A stretch of DNA of 25,291 nt from Pseudomonadota bacterium (lineage in GTDB: Bacteria > Pseudomonadota > Alphaproteobacteria > Thalassobaculales > Thalassobaculaceae). Location: NCBI GenBank assembly GCA_027623845.1, contig JAQBUJ010000001.1, positions 1-25,291 of the forward strand. The letters are read 5' to 3'. A model generated the notes under the pieces. It was not told where the DNA came from and made no database searches. It was given only the letters and a program-made list of their open reading frames with translations. Both the position numbers and the translations under genes were made by a program. Positions 1-7,638 of this stretch are shown here, piece by piece. Every line of letters starts with the position of its first letter. Positions within the stretch are counted from its first letter, which is position 1.

Positions 1-1014
<1,014 letters not shown>

Positions 1015-1041
1015 TTATTACCTACCTGCAGAACTCCACTA

Positions 1042-1067
1042 TCGGGATCCGGCGATCGCCGGACCGA
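1042..1067. other. Stem-loop in the groES-groEL spacer (perfect 16-bp palindrome TCCGGCGATCGCCGGA at 1048-1063)
   Basis: Self-complementary sequence read directly, extendable by TCGG/CCGA with a 2-nt bulge. No U-tract, so not a classical terminator. Confidence 0.5.
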
Positions 1068-1085
1068 AGAAGTCGGCAATTCAAA

Positions 1086-1373
1086 TCAATCGAGGACGCC
1101 CATGACGTCCGACTCACGCATGATCAACAGCTCCTTGCCGTCGATCTTGACCTCGGTGCCGGACCACTTGCCGTACAGCACCATATCGCCCTTTTTCAGG
1201 CTCATCGCGACCATGGCGCCATCGCTGTCACGGCTGCCGGGGCCGACCGAAACGATCTTCCCCTGCATCGGTTTTTCTTTGGCGGTATCAGGGATGATGA
1301 TGCCACCGGCGCTCTTTGACTCACCTTCAAGTGCTTCGACGACGACACGGTCGTGCAACGGACGAAATGCCAT
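1086..1373 (-). CDS. groES: Co-chaperonin GroES (Cpn10)
   Basis: [12 protein letters not shown]...[15 protein letters not shown]...[12 protein letters not shown]; 95 aa; SD GGGAG; directly upstream of groEL. Confidence 0.98.
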   Translation of the reverse strand: MAFRPLHDRVVVEALEGESKSAGGIIIPDTAKEKPMQGKIVSVGPGSRDSDGAMVAMSLKKGDMVLYGKWSGTEVKIDGKELLIMRESDVMGVLD

Positions 1374-1419
1374 GGATCGCTCCCGGGCTGTTGGCTGGTT
1401 GAATTCGCGAGGCCGTGTG

Positions 1420-1446
1420 TTAGCACTCTCAATGGCTGAGTGCCAG
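1420..1446 (-). promoter_or_regulatory. CIRCE element (HrcA operator) upstream of groES
   Basis: TTAGCACTC-tcaatggct-GAGTGCCAG versus consensus TTAGCACTC-N9-GAGTGCTAA: exact 9-nt spacer, 2 mismatches in one arm, 47 bp upstream of the groES ATG. Confidence 0.93.
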
Positions 1447-1497
1447 GAAAATACTCAGAGGCCTATCTATCGCGTTGCCGTCGCTCCACGCGCGCTT

Positions 1498-2859
1498 TCA
1501 AGACCCGGCGATCGCCCGCCGTCGAGGAACGAAGCGATCATCGAAACGACTGGCGTCGTCGGGCGCCAGGACCACGCAAACGGACAGGTCGTCGTCCTGC
1601 ATCTTCTGGTCGAGAACCCGACCGTGCTGGTGCAGCCAGGCAATCGCCGCGCCGTCCGCCGGATCGATGTCATAGCGCAGCCGGAGGTCGCCAATGCTGA
1701 GCATCGCCTCGATCCGCTCGATCAACCCGGCGCAGCCTTGTCCGGTTATTGCCGAGAGCGCGACACGGGTCGCCTCATTGCGGGCGATCAGGGCGGACCG
1801 GCTTGCCGGGTCCATTTGATCGATCTTGTTGAGCGCTTCCAGCGAATGGCCGTTGCGGATCCGTTCAAGCACGCCCAAGTCATCCAGCACCGATTCCACG
1901 TCGCGTTTTTGATGCTCGGTTTCCGGGTGGCTTATATCGCGCACATGGACGATGACATCGGCCTCCAGGACTTCCTCCAAGGTCGCCCGAAAGGCGGCGA
2001 CCAGATGGGTCGGAAGCTCGGAGATAAAGCCAACCGTGTCGGACAGGATCACCTCGCGTCCCGATGGCAGAACCAGGCGCCGCATCGTCGGGTCCAGGGT
2101 GGCGAACAGCATATCCTTAGCCATCACATCGGCATCGGTCAGCCGGTTGAACAAGGTCGACTTTCCAGCATTGGTATAGCCGACGAAGGCGACGATCGGA
2201 TAGGGCGTCCGGGTTCGCGCCGCACGATGCAGGGAACGGGTCTTGGCGACCTGCTCAAGGTCGCGCTTTAGTTGGATGATCCGGTCGTCGATCTGACGGC
2301 GATCGAGTTCGATCTGACTTTCGCCCGGCCCGCCAAGGAAGCCGGCGCCGCCTCTTTGGCGCTCAAGATGGGTCCAGGACCTGACCAGGCGGCTGCGCTG
2401 AAAGGTCAGCGCCGCCAGTTCAACCTGCAGCCGGCCTTCATGGGTCCGTGCCCGAGCCCCGAAGATTTCCAGGATCAGGGCGGTGCGGTCGATGACCTTG
2501 CAGTTCCAGGCGCGCTCCAGATTGCGCTGTTGGATTGGCGAGAGCGCACAATCGATGATCGCGACTTCAATTTCGGAAGCCTCGATAAGTTGATGAAAGC
2601 GTTCGATGGTGCCGGTGCCGAACAGCGTCGCCGGGCGCAGTTTGGTCAGGCGCACGATCTCGGTATAGGTAATTTCAAGGTCAATGGCCTCGGCCAGACC
2701 GAGGGCCTCGGCCAACCGTTCCTCCGCTGACCGCCGCTGCCCGCTGGCGCCTCGGGTCTCTCGGGTATCGACGTCCGGATGCAGGACCATCGCGCGACCG
2801 CTGCCCATCTGGGCTATTTCAGCATCCAGCTCGGCGCCCGCCTTGGTGTGGCGCTTCAC
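1498..2859 (-). CDS. hflX: GTPase HflX (ribosome-splitting factor)
   Basis: G1 GYTNAGKS, G2 LFATLDPT, G3 DTVG, G4 NKID, plus GGPGESQIELDRR. Start placed at GTG 2859, 1 nt after the hfq stop, with GAGGAAG upstream. The ORF-track start at 2940 overlaps hfq. Confidence 0.95.
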   Translation of the reverse strand: MKRHTKAGAELDAEIAQMGSGRAMVLHPDVDTRETRGASGQRRSAEERLAEALGLAEAIDLEITYTEIVRLTKLRPATLFGTGTIERFHQLIEASEIEVAIIDCALSPIQQRNLERAWNCKVIDRTALILEIFGARARTHEGRLQVELAALTFQRSRLVRSWTHLERQRGGAGFLGGPGESQIELDRRQIDDRIIQLKRDLEQVAKTRSLHRAARTRTPYPIVAFVGYTNAGKSTLFNRLTDADVMAKDMLFATLDPTMRRLVLPSGREVILSDTVGFISELPTHLVAAFRATLEEVLEADVIVHVRDISHPETEHQKRDVESVLDDLGVLERIRNGHSLEALNKIDQMDPASRSALIARNEATRVALSAITGQGCAGLIERIEAMLSIGDLRLRYDIDPADGAAIAWLHQHGRVLDQKMQDDDLSVCVVLAPDDASRFDDRFVPRRRAIAGS

Positions 2860-2860
2860 G

Positions 2861-3106
2861 TCAGGCGTCTTCCTCGCTGGTGTCGCCAAGCTGGATCGGC
2901 TGGCCCGGCATGATCGTGGAAATCGCGTGCTTGTAGACAAGCTGAACGTGCGAGTCCCGTTTCAACAACAACGAAAAATTATCAAACCACGTAACGATAC
3001 CCTGCAGTTTCACGCCGTTAACCAGGAAGATCGTGACAGCGACCTTGTTCTTACGAATGGTGTTGAGGAAAACCTCCTGCACATTCTGGCTTTTTTCGCT
3101 CGCCAT
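2861..3106 (-). CDS. hfq: RNA chaperone Hfq
   Basis: QEVFLN...[12 protein letters not shown]...FDNFSLLL...[11 protein letters not shown] (Sm1/Sm2 motifs); 81 aa; hfq-hflX pairing. Confidence 0.98.
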   Translation of the reverse strand: MASEKSQNVQEVFLNTIRKNKVAVTIFLVNGVKLQGIVTWFDNFSLLLKRDSHVQLVYKHAISTIMPGQPIQLGDTSEEDA

Positions 3107-3248
3107 GGATCTGGCCTTTTCTTGTTGATGGCGCCTTCAAGGCACCTTGTCTCGTCGAGAGGGTCGATGTTTGTCGGTAATCTTCGGCTTGTCTAAAGCG
3201 TTGGGGACGTCACAGGCGCATAGCCCCGACTATCAACGCTACCCCTGC

Positions 3249-3276
3249 AATATAGGGTGTTCAGCCTCCAGTACAA
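3249..3276 (-). promoter_or_regulatory. Candidate hfq-hflX promoter (RpoH-like TTG-N18-CTATAT; also readable as sigma70 TTGTAC-N16-TATATT)
   Basis: Minus strand reads TTG tactggaggctgaacacc CTATAT (3276-3250), about 140 nt upstream of the hfq ATG. Confidence 0.5.
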
Positions 3277-3935
3277 TCCAGGAACGCATCGGCCAGTGCC
3301 ATACAGGATGGGAAAACCGCCTGGGGACGCCAGTCCGCAAGCTCTTGGGCGGTAACCGCGCCGCCCTCGATGAGGATCGGCACGCAATCGCTTCGATGGG
3401 CGCATTCCAGATCGGAAGCCGTATCGCCGACGAACCAGATACTGGCGCCGGGATTGAGCCCTGATCCGGCGAGCGCCAAATGCACCGGGTCGACGGCCGG
3501 CTTGTCCCGAGGCGCATCGGTGGCGCCGACGATGTTGCCGAAAAGATGCGTCCAGCCCAGCCGCTCCGCCTCGATCCGCAGATAGCCGCCGTTTTTATTC
3601 GACACCACGGACATCGAGATCGCGCCCTCAGTCAGTATCCGCAACAAATCCGCCGCGCCGGGCAGTGGACGCACCTCGTCAGCGTGAAATTCCTCGAACC
3701 GGTCGTAAAAATACGCCAGCGCTTGCTCCCAATGCTCAGCGAACAATGTCGGGAAGGCGTCGCGGGCTGATTGTTTGGTCCGTTGCCGGACCTCCTCCAT
3801 GCTCCAGGTCGGTCGGTCGAAGGCGCTGAACGTCGCGTTGAGCGATCGCCCAATGGCGCCCCAATTGTCGGCTAGGGTGCCGTCCCAGTCGAAGATCACC
3901 GCTTCGGGCCGGGTTAGTCCGGCGTCCTGGATCAT
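3261..3935 (-). CDS. HAD-superfamily phosphatase (phosphoglycolate phosphatase-like)
   Basis: Motif I FDWDGT, motif II VVSNK, motif III KP, motif IV VGDTASD. ATGA overlap with the upstream aminotransferase. Confidence 0.85.
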   Translation of the reverse strand: MIQDAGLTRPEAVIFDWDGTLADNWGAIGRSLNATFSAFDRPTWSMEEVRQRTKQSARDAFPTLFAEHWEQALAYFYDRFEEFHADEVRPLPGAADLLRILTEGAISMSVVSNKNGGYLRIEAERLGWTHLFGNIVGATDAPRDKPAVDPVHLALAGSGLNPGASIWFVGDTASDLECAHRSDCVPILIEGGAVTAQELADWRPQAVFPSCMALADAFLDCTGG

Positions 3936-4795
3936 GATGACGCGCCGCTGCCAGCGGCATGCGCGAGATAGGCGTCAAGCAACCGCACGCTCAACGAGCC
4001 CGCCTTGCCGTTACCAATAACCACATCGTCGATTTGCGTCACCGGGGTCAGGAACGAGGTGGCCGAGGTGACGAAAGCCTCGCGTGCGCCTTTGGCCTCC
4101 GTCACGGTAAACGGACGCTCGACAAAGGCAATGCCCTGCTCGGCCGCCAAGGCGACCATCGCCGCGCGGGTGATGCCGCTCAGGATTTCATTGCCCAGAT
4201 GCCGGGTGACCAGTTCCCCCGCCGGCGTGACGATCCAGGCATTGGTCGATGTGCCCTCGGTCACGAAGTCATCGGTGGTTACCTGCCAGGCCTCGTAGGC
4301 GCCGGCCTCGCGGGCTTGTTGCTTGCCCAGTACGTTCGGCAAAAGCGAGACCGACTTGATGTCGCAGCGGGCCCAGCGGATATCCGGGATGGTCAGCACC
4401 TTAACCCCTTCCTCGGTCTTGGTCGGGGTCGGCAGAGCAAGCCGGCGCGCGGTCATCACCAGGGCCGGTCGGGTGTTTTTAGGGAATGGATGATCGCGCC
4501 GAGCGACACCACGGGTCGCCTGGATATAGACCATGCCGTCGCTAAGGCGGTTGCGCCGGACCATTTCCCGCATCACCTGGCGCAAAGGCGCACGCCGCAT
4601 CGGCTGATCGATCCGCAGTTCTCGAAGCGATCGGTCGAGCCGGTCGAGATGCGGCTCCTCGTCAACCAAACGCCCGCGATGCACCAGCACCACCTCATAG
4701 ACGCCGTCGGCGAACTGGTAGCCGCGATCCTCGACATGCACCACGGCGTCGCCATGCGGTATGTAGCGCCCGTTTACATAGGCGATTCTGGACAT
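3932..4795 (-). CDS. dat: D-amino acid aminotransferase (PLP class IV)
   Basis: EDRGYQFADGVYEV, RW.RCDIKS (PLP lysine), TEGTSTN, LSGITR, FVTSAT. Confidence 0.88.
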   Translation of the reverse strand: MSRIAYVNGRYIPHGDAVVHVEDRGYQFADGVYEVVLVHRGRLVDEEPHLDRLDRSLRELRIDQPMRRAPLRQVMREMVRRNRLSDGMVYIQATRGVARRDHPFPKNTRPALVMTARRLALPTPTKTEEGVKVLTIPDIRWARCDIKSVSLLPNVLGKQQAREAGAYEAWQVTTDDFVTEGTSTNAWIVTPAGELVTRHLGNEILSGITRAAMVALAAEQGIAFVERPFTVTEAKGAREAFVTSATSFLTPVTQIDDVVIGNGKAGSLSVRLLDAYLAHAAGSGASS

Positions 4796-4848
4796 GCTCG
4801 TAGCCCTTGTTCTAGAGGCGCTGGAAGGTTTGACAGTGGAACCGCCGG

Positions 4849-6225
4849 TCAGAAGAAGTCAAGCCGGACGGCGAACAGTTTCTCGACCTTTTTCACCGCC
4901 TCGTAGGTCGCGAACAAGACCACCCGGTCATGGGCGTTGATCACGGTCGCTCCGCGCGGCACGATCACCGTTTCGCCCCGAAGGATGGCGCCGATGATCA
5001 CTCCCGGAGGCAACTTGGCGTCCCGCAAGGGCTTGCCGACCAAGGGCGAGGTCTCCAGCGCCTCGGCTTCGATGACCTCGCCGAAATCCTCACGCACCGA
5101 ATAAATGCCGCGAATGCGGCCCCGCCGCACATGCTGCAAAATCGAAGAGACGGTGATAACCCGCGGATTGATCACCGCGTCGATGCCGAGCGTGGTGACC
5201 AGCGGGGCATAGGAGTGTTTGTTGATCAAAGCGACGGTTCGTTTGGCGCCGGCCCGCTTGGCCAATAGCGAGCCGATGATGTTCACCTCATCGTCATTGG
5301 AAACCGCGACGAAGGTCTCTGTCTCCGAAACATTGGCTTCCTCAAGGATCTCCAGATCGAGAATGTCACCGTTCAGAACCATGGTGTGGTCCAGCGTTTG
5401 GGCGACGTATTTCGCCCGTTCCTTATCGAATTCGATGACCTTGGCCCGAACGCCGGCATGCTCAAGCTCGATTTCCTCGGCCAGGGTCAGGCCGATATTA
5501 CCGCCGCCGGCGATAATAACGCTGCGGCCCTCCTCTTCTTCATAGCCGAAGGACGCCATGGCGCGACTGAGATGAGCGATATCGCAGATAAAATAGACCT
5601 GATCGCCGGCCAACATCTGGTCGTCGGATTTTGGCACGATCCCTTTGTCGTTCCGAATAATGCCGACGATGACAATGTTTAGATCGGGGAAAAGCTGGGT
5701 GAGTTGACGCATCGGGGTGTTGATGATCGGGCAATCCTCATCGCAGCGAACCCCGACCACCCGGATCAACCCATCAGCCATCGGCACAACGTCAAAGGCG
5801 CCGGGAACCTGAAGCTGCCGACCGATCGCCCGCGCCACCTCGCGCTCCGGCGAGATGATGACATCGATCGGCATGTTGTCGCGGCTATACAGGTCACCCC
5901 AGATTGGCTTCAAGTATTCCTGTTGGCGTACCCGGGCGATCTTGGTGGGAATATTGAATAGCGAATGGCCGACCTGACAGGCGACCATGTTGACCTCATC
6001 CGAGAAGGTCACCGCGATCAACATATCGGCGTCTTTGGCGCCGGCCTGCTCCAGAATGTTCGGTTGCGACGCCAGACCTTGAATGCTGCGAACATCCAAG
6101 GTCTCACTGATCCTCTGCACCAGGCTCGCGTCCTGGTCGATGACCGTGACATCGTTGTTTTCGCTCGCTAAATGCTGAGCGATGCTGGTCCCGACCTGGC
6201 CAGCGCCGCAAATAACCACCTTCAT
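4849..6225 (-). CDS. trkA: Trk system potassium uptake regulatory subunit TrkA
   Basis: 458 aa with two RCK_N/RCK_C pairs: MKVVICGAGQVG and IIAGGGNIG; DEVNMVACQ. Confidence 0.95.
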   Translation of the reverse strand: MKVVICGAGQVGTSIAQHLASENNDVTVIDQDASLVQRISETLDVRSIQGLASQPNILEQAGAKDADMLIAVTFSDEVNMVACQVGHSLFNIPTKIARVRQQEYLKPIWGDLYSRDNMPIDVIISPEREVARAIGRQLQVPGAFDVVPMADGLIRVVGVRCDEDCPIINTPMRQLTQLFPDLNIVIVGIIRNDKGIVPKSDDQMLAGDQVYFICDIAHLSRAMASFGYEEEEGRSVIIAGGGNIGLTLAEEIELEHAGVRAKVIEFDKERAKYVAQTLDHTMVLNGDILDLEILEEANVSETETFVAVSNDDEVNIIGSLLAKRAGAKRTVALINKHSYAPLVTTLGIDAVINPRVITVSSILQHVRRGRIRGIYSVREDFGEVIEAEALETSPLVGKPLRDAKLPPGVIIGAILRGETVIVPRGATVINAHDRVVLFATYEAVKKVEKLFAVRLDFF

Positions 6226-6234
6226 CGCGTGGCA

Positions 6235-7638
6235 TCAACCGGTTTTGACCGGCCGCTCCCCTTGAGTCACGCCCAGCGACTTAAGTTTTCGGTGTAGCGC
6301 CGAGCGCTCCATTCCGACAAAACTCGCGGTGCGCGAGATGTTGCCGCCGAATCTGTTGACCTGGGCCAAAAGATATTCCCGCTCGAAGGTTTCCCGGGCA
6401 TCGCGTAGCGGCATGCCCATGATTTCCACCCCCCGGTCCAACTGCAACGTGGTCGGCGTCACCGATACGATTTCCGGCGGCAGCATATCGGCGCGAACCA
6501 TATCGCGCGATGTTCCCGGCGCCATGATCAGCAGCCAATCGATGACGTTGCGCAACTGCCGCACATTGCCGGGCCAGTCATAGGCCTGTAGCGCCGCCAA
6601 TGCATCCTCGGAAATTTCTCGCAGCGGCATGCCGGAAACTTCCGCCGACTGGCGCAGGAAATGTCGGGTAAGCTTGGGGATATCCTCGCGTCGCTCTCGC
6701 AGGGCCGGAACCCGTACCGGCACGACATTGAGGCGGTAAAACAAATCCTCGCGGAACTGCCCGGTCGAGATCTCCTGCTGCAGATCCCGATTTGTCGAGG
6801 CGATCACCCGAACGTCGACCTCGACTTCAATCTTGCCGCCGACCCGCCGAAACCGCTGCTCCTGCAGCACTCGAACGATTTTCCCCTGAGTTTCCAGAGG
6901 CATGTCCGCCACTTCGTCAAGGAAAAGCGTCCCCTTATGGGCCCGCTCGAAGACGCCGACGGTATGGCCGTTGGCAAAGCCGGTCTCGGGGTTTTCGGTG
7001 CCGAACAGTTCGGTCTCCAGGCGTTCCGGATTCAAGGTCGCGCAATTCAGCACCACCATCGGTCCATCCATCCGCCCGGACTTGGCGTGGATCATGCCGG
7101 CGACCACTTCCTTGCCGGCGCCAGCCGGTCCGGTGATCAGCACCCGGCTATTGGTTGGCGCGACCTTTTCGACCGCCGATCGGATCTGGGTCAACCCTGG
7201 CGAGCTGCCGATCAGATCGTTGCTCGCCCCGACCTTGCGCAACAGTTCGATATTTTCGCGTTTCAACCGCGCCGCCTCGACCGCGCGCCGGACCAGCAGC
7301 AGCAATCGGTCGGCCTTGAACGGTTTCTCGATGAAGTCATAAGCGCCGCGTTTGATCGCGTTGACCGCCGTCTTGATGGTGCCGTGGCCGCTGATCATGA
7401 TGACCGGAAGGCTCGGATGCGCTTCCTTGACCCGGTCGAGGATCTCTAAACCATCAAGCGTGCTGTTCTGCAGCCAAATATCGAGGATCAGTAGCCCCGG
7501 AATCCGGCCGTTCACCTCGGCCAATGCCTGATCTGAATCGCCGGCTTGTCGGGTGTCGTAGCCTTCGTCTTCCAATATGCCGGCGATCAACGCACGGATG
7601 TCCGCCTCGTCATCGACGATCAGGATATCATTCGCCAT
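6235..7638 (-). CDS. ntrX: NtrX response regulator (REC-AAA+-HTH)
   Basis: ILIVDDE, LDIWL, MISGHG receiver; GPAGAGKE Walker A; FLDEV Walker B; C-terminal GGNISRTASFVGMERSALHRKLKSL. Start set to ATG 7638, overlapping the ntrY stop; the ORF track begins at 7674. Confidence 0.95.
   Translation of the reverse strand: MANDILIVDDEADIRALIAGILEDEGYDTRQAGDSDQALAEVNGRIPGLLILDIWLQNSTLDGLEILDRVKEAHPSLPVIMISGHGTIKTAVNAIKRGAYDFIEKPFKADRLLLLVRRAVEAARLKRENIELLRKVGASNDLIGSSPGLTQIRSAVEKVAPTNSRVLITGPAGAGKEVVAGMIHAKSGRMDGPMVVLNCATLNPERLETELFGTENPETGFANGHTVGVFERAHKGTLFLDEVADMPLETQGKIVRVLQEQRFRRVGGKIEVEVDVRVIASTNRDLQQEISTGQFREDLFYRLNVVPVRVPALRERREDIPKLTRHFLRQSAEVSGMPLREISEDALAALQAYDWPGNVRQLRNVIDWLLIMAPGTSRDMVRADMLPPEIVSVTPTTLQLDRGVEIMGMPLRDARETFEREYLLAQVNRFGGNISRTASFVGMERSALHRKLKSLGVTQGERPVKTG

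Noticed and set aside
1436-1458. CTGAGT/ACTCAG inverted repeat overlapping one CIRCE arm (alternative hairpin)
   Set aside because: Only 6 bp with an 11-nt loop; expected by chance and too weak to claim a switch.
1470-1502. CTTGAAA near the hflX stop as an RpoH -35 for groES
   Set aside because: No CTATAT/CCCCAT-like -10 at the right distance.
1102-2271. 389-aa plus-strand ORF antisense to groES/hflX
   Set aside because: No recognisable motifs; a shadow ORF typical of GC-rich codon usage, and translating it would cross the CIRCE region.
3959-4906. Other long antisense or alternate-frame ORFs (3959-4906, 8771-9703, 10428-11276, 6661-7449, 13754-14494, 14554-15261, 17151-17855)
   Set aside because: All lie opposite well-supported genes and show no family motifs.
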